The position numbers and the translations under genes were made by a program. A DNA stretch of 64,000 nucleotides, from contig OZ024757.1 in the NCBI GenBank assembly GCA_964016885.1, forward strand, positions 8,928,001 to 8,992,000, written 5' to 3'. Within the stretch, counting starts at the first letter, position 1. Every line of letters starts with the position of its first letter. Below are positions 49,105-64,000 of the stretch, in pieces. The notes under the pieces are model-generated. The model saw nothing but the letters and a program-made list of their open reading frames with translations. It was not told the origin of the DNA and searched no databases. This DNA comes from Eledone cirrhosa. Lineage: Eukaryota.

Positions 49105-52100
49105 CATCATCATCATCATCATCATCATCATCGTTTAACGTCCATTTTCCACGCTAGCATGGGTTAGACGGGAGTTGTCCCATTTGAGGCAAGGCTGGTC
49201 GGGTAACCGTCTCCTCATATAGGACTATCTGGAAGGTTTTCTACGGCTGGATGCCCTTCCTAACACCAACCACATTTACTGCGTGGAACTGGGAACTTTT
49301 TACCGTGTTACCTACACGGCCACATTACAGTGTGGACTGTGTGTTTTTTTGTCATGACACCTACACGATATCGAGCTCATTTTCTCGTGCTGTTGGTGGG
49401 AGTGGGAGGATAGGGTAGGGGTAGTGGACTGGGGTGTATATTTGGTCAAGAGGTGCCTACTGACTATAGGTTTCGCTTTGTACATAGGCAAGGCGGGTCT
49501 TCTGTATTTCATCCCAGGTTTTTCTGCGTCTACCTACTCCGTAACTACCATCAATTTTGATCGCCCTACTGTTTTTTTAGGCAGCTGTCGTCTTTCTCGC
49601 GCATCGCGTGGCCATACCAACGTAGTCTTCTTTCGAGTAAACAGAAGCTGATCCCTCTTATTCCTAATTTCTCACTTAGTTCATTTATGCTTTGCTGTTC
49701 ACGTATATTACTATTACACATCCAACGGAGCATACATGCTTCGTTCCTTTCCAGTCTACGCAGGTCCTCTGCACGTAATGCCCATGTCTCACTGCCATGT
49801 AGCATTGCTGTTCATATACAAGCATCATACAATATGCCTTTCATTTTTAGAGAGCAACCTTTTGTGGCCAACAGCGGTATAAGCTCTCTGAACTTTTTCC
49901 ATCCCGTTCTGACTGGCTACTGTACTTTCAGAACACCCTCCACCACTGCTGATTTCGTCACCCAGGTAACGGAAAGTGTCTAGTATTTCTACAGAACCAT
50001 CAGGGCAATAGAAGGAGCTAGTATCCTTTGGACACTTGCTACTTATTGCACCTGAGCATCAGCCACATATAAAGTCTACGTTCTTAGATAGTTTTACCTG
50101 TGATGCCCACTACATCTTTTATGTACCCATACTTTGCATTTGGGACATAAAATGGAATTTCTACCTACTCCTTTCCTACACACTGAGCATGGCCATTTCC
50201 CTGAGGGCACCTGTGCCCTATTTTCCTTTCTACAAACTAGAACTTTCGTCTTAGACAAGTTAACTTTAAGGCCTTTTGATTCTAGGCCATGCTTCCATGT
50301 TTGGAATTTCTTCTCTAGTTCAGCCATTGATTTAGCTATGAGTGTTAGATCATCAGCGTATAGGAGTTCCCATGGGCAGCCGGACTTAAACTCCTCTGTT
50401 ATAGCCTGAAGGGCAATAATAAATAAGAGGGGGCTAAGGACAGAGCCTTGATGAATGCCAAATTTTACACTAAATTCTTAACAATATTCATTGTTAATTC
50501 TAACCTTACTGACTGTTTCATTATACATAGCTTGTATAGCTCTCACAAGCCATTCATCTACACCTAGTTTTCTGAGAGCCCACCAGATAATTGAGCGGGG
50601 GACTCTGTCAAAAGCTTTCTCCAGATCTACAAAAGCTAAGTAGAGGGGTTTACTTTTAGCTAGGTACTTCTCTTGTAGTTGTCATACAAAGAAAAGAGCG
50701 TCTGTGGTACTTTTACCTGGCACAAACCCAAACTGCATTTCATTTAGATCAATTCGCTCTCTGATTAGTTACGCTATAACTCTTTCTGTGACCTTCATGA
50801 CCTGGTCAACTAACTTAATGCCTCTATAGTTTCCCCTATCTTGTAGCAGTTAATAATGATGCTGCTACGCCAGTCTTTTGGTATGACCCCATTCTGTATT
50901 ACTTAGATAACTATACGGGTGACCATAGTGTGTCGTACCATACCAGATGCCTTCAACATCTCAGCAACTATCTCCGAAAACCCAGCTGCCTTGCCTGTCT
51001 TCATATCTTTGATTGCCTGACTTATTATACTACCTTTAACTTGCACCGCTGGTCCTTCTATTGGATCGATTTGGGGCAGACTATCTTTTTCCCATTTATT
51101 CTCCTCATTTAATAGTCTCTCGTAGGTGACACTTCCTGGCTATCTTCTTATCAGTATCAGTGAGCGCAAGTACACCATTATCATTACAGACACACTTATC
51201 TCCGACAATATCTCAGTTTTCATTGACACATTGTCTAGCAATCCTGAACACCTCACGTTCTTGGTCCTCACGTTGTAGAACATGCTTGAACTTTCTATCC
51301 TCTGCTACCCTTTTTGCAAGGTACACTTGTCGCCTAGCTTGTCCCCTGGCCACTTGATAGTGCTCTCTACTTCCCCCATCCTGCCATACTTTCCAAGCCT
51401 GCTTTTTGGCCTTGATTGTCTCTTCCACCTTACTGTTCCACCACCAAGTTACTCTCCTCCTGCCAATAGGTCTGCTCCAGCCACAGATTTCATCAGTTGC
51501 TTTCAGCAGGTTCACTTTCAAGAACTGCCACTGTTCCTCTATATTGCACATCTCTAATTACTCTTCCTTATTGTCAAAGGCATCAAGTAATAGGCTTTTA
51601 AATTTGTCACTGGCTATGGGGTCCTTCAACTTCCATATTCTTCTCCTCAAGGTAGGCCTCCTCTGTCGTCGAGTACGTCTATTCCTGACTATGAGGTCAC
51701 TAACTACTAGGCTATGTTGGGAGGTGCATTCTTCACGGGGGAGGGATTTAGTGTTTACAACAGACATTTTGTCCCGTCTTCTAGTAAGGATATAATCCAT
51801 CTGGCTGGCGTGTTCCTCTGATCTATAGGTGATCAAGTGGTTTTCACGTTTTTTTGAAGTTTGTGTTACAGATAGTGAGGCTATTTGTGTCACAGAATTC
51901 CAGGATTCTGAAGCCCTCCTCATTTCTATTTCCAACCCCATAGCCTCCATGGATTCCATCATAGCCATCACTATGTTGTCCAACATGACCGTTTAGATCG
52001 CCAGCAATAATTAAGTAGTCACTGTCGGTTATTTGGGAGGTAGTGTGCATTAGCATCTCATAGAACCTGTCCTTTATAACATCAGGTAGACCAGATTGGG

Positions 52101-52135
52101 GTGCATAAGCAGATATAAAACTGATGTTGTCTGTG
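49105..52135 (-). mobile_element. Decayed RTE-clade LINE (AP endonuclease plus RT)
   Basis: Minus-strand motifs ISAYAPQSG, IIAGDLNGHVG, HQGSVLSPLLF, LLYADDL, CSVC..CPKC..HKRCS and LHGSETW, with a (GAT)n tail at 49105-49131. Many stops and frameshifts. Confidence 0.88.
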
Positions 52136-52203
52136 TGTGTGTCCTCATTTTTGTAAAGTCTATACAAATCCACATTTCTACTCCGATTGACTTCAAACTT
52201 ATG

Positions 52204-53470
52204 ATCATCATCGTTTAACGTCCATCATCCACGCTGGCATGGGTTTGGACGGGAATTTTCCCACTTGAGGCAAGATTGGTTGTCTTGCTCGTATAGGACT
52301 GTCTGGTGGGTTTTCTACGGCTGAATGCCCTTCCTAACACCAACCACGTTTACAGTGTGGACTTGGAGGTGTTTACCGTGTTACCTACACAGCCACATTA
52401 CAGCGTGGACTGTATGTTTTTTGTCGTGACACCTACACGACCTCATTTATTTAGGACGGGATGTTGTGGTACCAACGTAACTTTACATCGAAAGGGGTGG
52501 TGTGAATGGGGTAGGGGTAGTGGGACGGGGTGATTTTTGGTAAGAGGTGCCTACTGACTGTAGGTTTCGCTTTGCACTTAGGCAAGGCGGGTCTTCTGTA
52601 TTACTGCGTAACGCCAAAGATCTAGGTCCAGTGACATTGTCTTGGAGAGTTGTAAGTGTGTGAGGTAGGAATTTATCAAGTCGTCCCAGGTTTTTCTGGG
52701 TCTGCCTACTCCGTGGCTACCGTCTATTTTGATCGCCCTGCACTTTGTTATACAGCTGTCGTCTTTCATGCACATCACGTGACCATACCAACGTAGTCTT
52801 CCGTCGAGTAAACAGCATCTGATCCCTCTTATTTCTAATTTCTCACTTATTTAATTTATGCTTTGCCGTTTATGTATATTACTATTACACATCCAGCGGA
52901 GCATGCAAGCTTCGTTCCTCTCCAGTCTACGTAGATCCTCTGCACACAATGCCCAAGTCTCACTGCCATGTAACATTGCTGTTCGTATGCAGGCATCATA
53001 CAGCCTGCCTTTCATTTTTAGAGAGAACCCTTTAGTTGCCAATAGTGGTATAATCTCTCTGAACTTTTTCCATCCTGTTCTGACTCTAGCTACTGTACTT
53101 TCAGAGCACCCTCCACCACTGCTGATTTTGTCAACCAGGTAACGGAAGGTGTCCACTATTTCTATAGAACCATCTGTGCAATGGAATGAGCTAGTATTCT
53201 GTGGGCACTTGCTGCTACTTATTGCACCTGAGCACCGGCCACATATAAAATCTATATTCTTAGATAGCTTACCTACATCTTTTATGCACCCATACTTTGC
53301 ATTTGGGACATAAAATGGAGTTTCTGCCTACTCCTTTCCTACACACTGAGTATGGCCATTTCCCAGATGGGACCAGTGCCCTATTTTCCTTCCTACATAC
53401 TAGAACTTTGGTCTTAGGCAGGTTAATTTTAAGGCCTTTAGATTCTACGCCATGCTTCCATGTTTGGAAT
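52204..53470 (-). mobile_element. 5'-truncated RTE LINE, same family
   Basis: Homologous to 49130-50310; short (GAT)n tail. Confidence 0.85.
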
Positions 53471-53935
53471 TGCATTTATATATTCCTTGTGGTCTAAAGA
53501 TACTAACTACAGCTTTTATTTTTCAATGTTCTGTTGTTAAAGAGGTGTTTGGCGCCGGTTATTGATCCCCGTCGAGCCCTTATAATATCTTTCTGTATGT
53601 CTGGCTCTCTGCATAACGACATTCTGACGAACACGTCATTGCTGACGTATTATCTTCGCTACATTCACACACACACACACATACTTATATATGCATATAT
53701 ACATATTCACACACACATATATATATATACAAACATACACACATTTACATATATATATATACAAACATATACACATATAGATATACACATAAAAATATAT
53801 GTATATATACACACACACATATATATATATACACATACATGCACACATATATATATATGTATCTGCATATATATATATATAAATGGAAAAGAATGAATCG
53901 AAATTTCATTTCTCACTCTTAGTACAGCTGATACT

Positions 53936-54213
53936 TAAATGTAAGTATGTATAAGTACATACATACAAGTATACAGACATACAGTAGCATGTATATATAT
54001 ACACACATGCACACATATATATATATATATGTACGTATGGGTTGACCGAACATTTATTATAATGTTCGGTTTGTCTAATAAATATTCGGTTTGTCTAATA
54101 AATGTTCGGTAAACCCATACGTACATATATGTGTGCATGTATGTATATATATATATATATATACATACTACTGTACGTCTGTATACATGTATGTACGTAC
54201 ATACTTACATTTA
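53936..54213. repeat. Foldback element, ~120-bp arms with a 20-bp tandem core
   Basis: taaatgtaagtatgta...gtatgggttgaccgaacatttatta is inverted at 54096-54213. The core is (aatgttcggtttgtctaata) x ~3. Confidence 0.75.
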
Positions 54214-55710
54214 TATATATATAGATATATATAGATATATATATATACAGATACATTGTAGGTTGCTTTAACCCGTCTTTTATTATTCAAAAAACTTCTT
54301 GCCAATAAACATTAACCCTTTGTGTGCCATTCATCAAACTGTAGACCAACAAATACCAAAAAAACGGAGCGTTGACAAGAACGATGGCGAATGAATGTTC
54401 GAGATAAGCAGTTTCCTCCCGAGCTGTTAGTTCACGCGGGATTCTCTGCTATACCTTTTCGTAATAATACCGAACAACGTACTGCTGGTCACTCCTTCCT
54501 CCAAAAGCCGTACAAAGCATCTCTCTCTCTCTCTTCCTATATATATATATATATATATATATTTGTTATAAGAACAGATTTAAGTTTAAGCAAAGAATCG
54601 CTGCTTTCAACATTAAAGGGATCTTCTGAAATCTGTGAATACAGAAGTAAGTATTTCGAGAAGCGTTGCAACCAAAGGAAAACAGAAAGACGATATTTTG
54701 GTTCGTGAAGACGTTCCTTGGCAATGAAGGGGAAAAAAGCGATGATAATACGTCGTTATGTGGACTGAGAAGAACAATTTCATGCAAAGACAAGATCAAG
54801 TTTATGGTATAAATGGAGTTAGACTAATATTCTATTTAAAATAACCGAATGATTTCCAGCCCCAGAGTTTAAGAATGTAAATAAAATTGAAAATGAAAAT
54901 GACAGAGGTTATTAAAATAGTAAAAGTAAATAGTAAAGATTTAGGCCAGTTCATACATATGCGCCGACGGACATACACATACATACGCACACAAATACAT
55001 ACACACAAACACACACACACGCACGTGTGTGTGTAAGCCTTATGCATTTCTACAGTATTTTTACCAAACTTAAGACATATCTTACTTATGTACCCCGGAT
55101 GGTCATGGGCACTTTCATTTTTCCAGATATTGACTATAGGATAACCCGGCAGATAACCCCCTTTCAACCGCTTCCTTGGAGTCGACTGAAGCACTGCTGT
55201 GCAATGCAACAAAACGTCATAACTTCTGGGAGTTCACAACCGATTTTCATAAAACGTGACACATTGAGTAGGGGACCCCTGTGGGCAGGAACCCCCTTTG
55301 GGAAAAAGCCGATGATTTTGTAAAAGTATAGTTTTCGAAGCAGCACTGAAGTATTGACATAAATGGTATACATAACTGCTATTTAATACCCGAGCAAAAT
55401 CATAATGGAATTTCTTTTTTCTTTTTAGATAAATATAAATACTTTTAAATAATACAGCTTTTATTTTCCAAACTCTAGATAAATAAGAGAAAGTTAATAT
55501 TAATTAATACAAATTCTTAACTGATTTTCAAAATTATTTGAAAATCATAGGCAAAACTTTTCATTAGAATTATGGAAACGAAAGGGTTAAAACCCTGAGG
55601 TGTGGTCCAAATATTTGTAACAGCATGCCTTCTACTAAAGATAACTAAGAGACTAAAATGGTGGTGTTAAATGTAAAGAGTAGAGATAAACACACAAACG
55701 CATACACACT

Positions 55711-55906
55711 TAAAAGGTTGGCTGAAAAGTTCATAGGCTGACTATGAAGGAGTGATGCTAGAGCTGTGAAATCTTGCATGCTTTAATTTCAACTCTTATT
55801 AATAACTGTGTTGTTTCTTTCTAGAGACTTTGTTGAAAAATAAACCCCATTTGGTCATTCCATGAGAGTATCTTGGTCAGCTTATGAACATTTCAGCCAA
55901 CCCTCA
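55711..55906. mobile_element. Mariner-type MITE
   Basis: TIRs ggttggctgaaaagttcataggctgac / gtcagcttatgaacatttcagccaacc. Confidence 0.7.
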
Positions 55907-56422
55907 TACACTAAAGTTTTGTTACAGTTGCTATCTACTAAATCCACAGAAGGTATTTAGTTAACCCAAGACTATATATAGTAGAATACATTGGCTCAAG
56001 TTGTTATGCAGTAGGATAGAACACAAAACCATGTGGTTGTGAAGTAAACTTCTTAACAGCCATCACTGCACTTAACCATGTCTGTAAGTTGTATTTACCA
56101 AAGTACTTCAGTATAGATGTATTAGTATTAAAGCCAGTTTTGTATCAGTTCTTTAACTATTTTTTCTATGGAAAACTGTACTAGTAATTTGAAGATGTGT
56201 GGACAAGTGGTTAGGGGAATAGACTCATGATTTATAACATTGTCTATTTGATTTCAGGACTGGGTGGTGACATGTGTCCTTGAGTAAGACAATTCATTTC
56301 ACATTGCTCCAGACTTTACTTGTCATTTAAAGTATGCTATGTACAGCTCTTCTTTGTAGAACTGTTAATTTGTGGGACATATTGTTTATAGAGGTAGAGG
56401 ACATAGACAAACATCACTTGCT

Positions 56423-56766
56423 TTAATCCTTTAGCATTTAAACCACCCATACCCGGCCAGAATTTTCTCACCTCTTTCTATTCAAATTGGCTTGGCCACT
56501 CATACTTATGTTAAGGTATTGTTCTCAAAATAAATAACATAAAAATCTTGTAGATTCGATATTATGTGAGATAATTACATAAGATAAAGCCTTTACTGTG
56601 AAAATACAATACCATATATAGAGTAATGTAAATGCTATGTGAGATAAAGCCTTTACTCTGAAAATACAATAGTATATATAGAGTAATGTAAATGCTATGT
56701 GAGATAAAGCCTTTACTGTGAAAATACAATAGTATATATAGAGTAATGTAAATGCTAAAGGGTTAA
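56423..56766. mobile_element. piggyBac-type MITE with three internal 60-bp tandem copies of its end
   Basis: TTAA-bounded; a 60-bp period is visible across ~56577-56756. Confidence 0.75.
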
Positions 56767-57229
56767 AGACTACCTGAAAGTTAACCCTGAAGAATGTCAA
56801 CACTAACACCAAACAAAACAAAACACGAGAAAATCTCACAACAGACAATTTCTTGTAGTGAAATCTGATTGCTATTGGTGTTAAGGAATTTGAAAAGAAG
56901 CAGAGAGCCTATGCTGAAGTGAAGCAAGAAGTTCAATATATAGGGGATATTAGTCCACTCCCAAAACAGGGTTCAAAAGAGACTCTTACCATGAAGGATG
57001 TGAACATTTATGTATGTCAAATGACAGGCTACTCAACTATAGCAGACGTCATACTCGTGGAAATAACATCTTTGTGTACACCATACACCTTGATTTTGCA
57101 TGCGGTATCCTATACACCTTGATTTTGCACACTAAAGTGTGTCACTCTGCAGGTGGGTTAACATGGCACCACGAAGCATGCCATGCCAATCAAACTCAAG
57201 CAAGCAGAGATAGTTGCTAAGATGCTAAA

Positions 57230-58370
57230 ACATTGGGAGAAGTAATCCACATAGTCAATTAGGTAGTATAGGTTGGAGTCAAACCCAATGACTGGTGTAG
57301 CAGTACAGTCATAAATTGCTACAAGGGTAAAGGTGATGCTCTAGAAAGGAGCAACTATAGAGGAATAAAACTAATAGACCAAGTTATGAAAGTGATGGAA
57401 AGAGTTCTAGCACAGCTAATTAGGGAAAGAGTCAAATTGGACATGATGCAGTTTGGTTTTGTGCTTGGAAAAAGTACTACAGATGCCCTCCTCTTAGTGA
57501 GACAACTACAAGAGAAGTTCCTAGCCAAAGATAAGCCACTATATTTAGCTTTTGTTAATCTAGAAAAGGCTTTTGACAGAGTAACCTCACTGTTGTCTGA
57601 TGGCTCTTAAGAAATTTAAGTGTAGAAGAATGGCTTATGAGAGCAGTGCAAGCTGTCTGTAAAGTGAAAGTAGGAAGTGAGTTCAGTGAGGAATTCAAGG
57701 TAAAGGTAGGAGTTCGTCAGGGTTTGCTTCTCAGCCCACTAGTGTTCATCATAGTTCTCTAGGCCATAACAGGGAAGTTTAAGACCAGCTGTTTATGGGA
57801 ACAGTTCTGTGTGGATAAACTGGTTCTTATAGCTGAATCCATAAAAGAACTAGGGAATAAGTTCCAACTATGAAAACAATTTACAATCAAAAGAGCTGAA
57901 TAAACATTGAAAAAACTAAAGCGTTGATAAGCAGGAAAGAAGACAGGACCCTGATTCATTCATAGAATTTGCTCTGTTCAATATTCAGAAAAGGAATCAG
58001 CAGAAACTATACGATGTGCACAATGCAAAACCTGGATACATAGACTATGCTTTGTTGGATGTACAATGTAAATTGAGAGATAAGCAGAGCTTTAGATGAA
58101 TTGAGAGAGAAACTGGGTTTAAGAGGAATCAGAAGTGGTGTGCAAGAGAGAAGACTGTGTTGGAACAGACACATGATGCACATGGATGATGATCGCTGGG
58201 TGAAGACGTGCCAAAACATCCTAGAAGGAAGCCACAGTAGAGGACGACCAAGGACAACCTTGGCGGAGGTGATGAGAACTGATCTCAAATGACTGACTGA
58301 CTGAGAATGTGATGAAGGAATGTGTACGCGATGAGTGGAGAGATGCTGTGCAATAAAGGACCCATCCAAT
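57230..58370 (+). mobile_element. Old, deleted RTE LINE fragment
   Basis: Motifs YKGKGDAL..NYRGIKL, QFGF..GKSTTDA, LEKAFDRV and RGRPR. Confidence 0.8.
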
Positions 58371-59224
58371 ACGTATACGGACAGTTTCAGGTGGTTTGGT
58401 ATCAAATAAGTTAAAAAGAGACAGGAGTTATGTAAATAAACCAACATTTTTCTAAACATTTTCTCTTACCGGCAAAGTATCACTCCATTTTTCAGTTTCT
58501 GGTGAAGTCCTACTTCCCCAAGTGGTTCATTACGGTCTTCTCCCTGTTGGATAGAGATTTAAAATATACAATTTTATAATCAAATATACTTCATTTTATA
58601 TATGGATATTTTTCTGTGCATGTAAGTGTGTATGTGTGTATTTGTACACATAAACGCATACACCATATGAAAATATCCAAATTGGGTATACCACAAAACA
58701 CATTTGGGTGTACCAGCAAACACATTCAGCTCTACGACCAACAATACTTTGGAATCGGTGGCTCAGAATGACCCCAACTTTGTTGAGCAAGAGCAAGAAG
58801 AAGGAGAAGAAGCAAACACATCAGACCTAATAAGGTTAACTGACACAATTAACGGACTAATTATATTGGAAGGCATGCAGAGTGGTTAAGGTGTTGGGCT
58901 TATAATCATGTGGGTTTGGTTCCTGAACTGGTTGGGACATGATCCAATTGAACAATACACTTCCATCACATTGCCCAAGTCCTCTCAGTTGAAAAATATT
59001 TACCAGTAGCAGCTGCAGGTTAACTCTGCAATAGACTGTTATCCTGTCTAGGGGGAAGTCTTGACACTGCATGAAACTGGGATAAACTCTGGTCTGATAA
59101 ATCTGTTATTAACCTATGTTAATCTACAAACATAGCTTTCTTAAAGTTGTCCTTAAAACAATGAGTTGTGTACTAGTGAAAATCAAAAGACAGTGGGGAA
59201 AAAAAAGAAAAAAAAAAACCAACT

Positions 59225-59420
59225 TCGTGTAATTTTTCTAACGCGTACCGGTTTTCTAAAACTTAGTCGTTTATTATATATCTCAGAAAGCATTCATCAT
59301 CATCATCATCGTTTAATGTCCATCTTCCACGCTAGCATGGGTTAGACGACCCTGTGAGATATATAATAAAAGACCGATAAGTTTTAAAACACCAGTACAG
59401 TGCATTAGAAAAATACGAAC
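59225..59420. repeat. Small foldback element containing an antisense RTE 3' tip (59293-59350)
   Basis: Arms ...tttattatatatctca / tgagatatataataaa...; the insert (cat)n-cgtttaatgtccatcttccacgctagcatgggttagacg matches 49110-49170. Confidence 0.65.
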
Positions 59421-60239
59421 GGCAAATGATGGACTATTACCCTCTCTTCATATATGGGGCTGAAACAGTTCAAACCATGACGAACAATCGATGTAATTTT
59501 CTTTAAATGGCCTACATTAAGGAAAAACACATTGATCATTTGTCTTGTTTTGAGCCATTTCAGCCCCATATTTGAAAAGAAGGTACTAGCCTTGAAATAT
59601 CATGTTGAAATACATTGTGTTAAACATTGGTGTTTTTTTTATTGTATTCGTCATCATTTGCCCTTTGCATTTTCCTACCCAATTGTACTGGCTTTTCGAA
59701 AATTATTAGATTTTTATTTTTTTAAAATAATAATGATAATGGTACCAAGCAGAGATTCTTCAATGACATCTTCAATCCAAATTCTAGCTTGTTGTTCTAA
59801 CTCAATATCAGATTTTTTCTTCATCTGAAAACAGAATAAAAAAAATTAAGTTATGCAGAACGTGTAATCAGCTGGCTAGTATCATTTTTGCTCCTACATA
59901 TTTTCATTTCATCTACTAAACTGGGCATACGGTATATAGGCTTGTTTGTATGTTTATATGTAAGTTGGTAGTGCTGGTGCCACAATAAAATGCACTTAGT
60001 ACATGCTATAAAGGGTTTGGCGTTAAGAAGGAAATATGAACAAGACGAGGTCTTTTGATTTGTCTAATCTCTAACTATGACAATCCATCTATCTTATGCA
60101 TGGAAAACCAAAATAGGGATATGATATATATTCGTTTCATTAAGCTTAAATAGTGAGTCTTGTTGCTCTGGAGTTTCGGCTGTTTATCATGGGGTCATCA
60201 ACTACATGTGTGTGGTGTGTGTGTGTGTGTGTGTGTGCA

Positions 60240-60342
60240 CATGTATACATATATACATACATATTACTTATATACATGTTACATGTATATATATATATAT
60301 ATGACATATATACATATTACATATATAAATATATATACATAT

Positions 60343-60379
<37 letters not shown>

Positions 60380-60838
60380 TACATATATACATATTACATA
60401 TATATATATATATACATATTACATATATATATATATACATATTACATATATATATATATATATACATATTACATAAATATATATATATACATATTAAATA
60501 TATACATATATATATATATCTATATACATATTACATATATATATATACATATTACATATAAACATATATACATATTACATATATACATATATACATATTA
60601 CATATATATACATATTACATATATACATATATACATATTAAATATATATATACACATATTACATATATACATATATACACATATTAAATATATACATATT
60701 ACATATATACATATTACATATATATATATAGATATATATATACATATATATAAAAATATTACATAAATACATATATATACATAGACATAAACATATTACA
60801 TGTATACATATAATTATATATACATATTACATATATAC

Positions 60839-60900
<62 letters not shown>

Positions 60901-60903
60901 TAC

Positions 60904-60939
<36 letters not shown>

Positions 60940-61096
60940 ATTACATAAATCCATATATATCCATGTATATATACATATAACATATATATATATATATACA
61001 TATTACATATATACATATTACATATATACATACATATATATATATATATTACATATATACATATAACATATATCTATATATATATATACATATTAC

Positions 61097-61158
<62 letters not shown>

Positions 61159-61542
61159 ATATATACATATTACATATATACATATATACATATTACATAT
61201 ATACATATATACATATTACATATATATATACATATTACATATATATATACATATTACATATATATTGATATACATATTACATATATATATACATATTACA
61301 TATATATATATACATATTACATATATATATATATACATATTACATATATATACATATTACATATATATATGTATACATATTACATATATATATATATACA
61401 TATTACATATATATACATATTACAGGTATATATATACACATATTACATATATATATACATGTAATATATATATATACATATTACATATATATATATACAT
61501 ATTACATATATATATATACATATTACATATATATATATATAT

Positions 61543-61579
<37 letters not shown>

Positions 61580-61875
61580 TACATATATTTATATATATAT
61601 ATTTACATATATATATATATATATATAAATATTACATATATTTATATATATATATTTACATATATATATATATATATATACATATTACATATATATATAT
61701 ATATACATATTACATATATATATATACATATTACATATATATATATATACATATTACATATATACATATATATATATTACATATATATACACATATTACA
61801 TTTATACATATATACATATATATATATATACACATATTACATATATACATATTACATATATACACATATACATAT

Positions 61876-61919
<44 letters not shown>

Positions 61920-62085
61920 CATATAAACATATTTCATATATACATATATATACAGATACATAAACATATTACATATATACATATATATACATATATATAT
62001 AGATATATATATATACATATATATAAACATATTACATATATACATATATATACATATACATATATACATATTCCATATATACATA

Positions 62086-62120
<35 letters not shown>
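60240..62120. repeat. (TA)n/TACATATTAC low-complexity satellite
   Basis: Read directly; recurrent catattacata(ta)n units. Confidence 0.95.
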
Positions 62121-62121
<1 letters not shown>

Positions 62122-62232
62122 AAGAATTAATATCTAGTAACATATGTATACAGATGCATATCAATGCTAGCAAATATATAGGTTTTCTCTTAGTAACTTT
62201 GTGGTTCAATGCATGGGGTTACAGAACAATAA

Positions 62233-64000
<1,768 letters not shown>

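Noticed and set aside
54940-55397. Possible non-autonomous Helitron-like repeat
   Set aside because: The diagnostic terminal hairpin and CTRR end are not visible, so it cannot be classified.

Overview
This is AT-rich, repeat-dense animal genomic DNA. The SINE/LINE repertoire and long (TA)n tracts resemble an octopus or other cephalopod, but that assignment is inference. No intact host gene, rRNA, tRNA gene or CRISPR array is supported. Positions 1-16.4 kb hold a head-to-tail train of seven insertions from two R4/Dong-type non-LTR retrotransposon families, joined by (AAT)n tracts and ending on the tail of an antisense Tx1-like fragment. Positions 16.5-37 kb are a mosaic of MITE/foldback elements, a short internally deleted RTE-like element, CRE-like and Tx1-like LINE relics and many tRNA-derived SINEs. 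Two small inverted-repeat elements in this mosaic carry hammerhead ribozymes. Positions 37.7-46.9 kb contain two opposed Naiad-type Penelope-like elements in an interleaved inverted duplication with four hammerhead copies; one element is a single stop codon away from intact. Positions 47-59.8 kb contain four minus-strand exons of a disabled calponin-family (myophilin/transgelin/Mp20-like) gene with RTE LINEs in its largest intron. Positions 60-64 kb are a TA/TACATAT satellite interrupted by a foldback element. Coordinates were read by eye and may be off by a few bases; family names come from motif recognition, not database searches.
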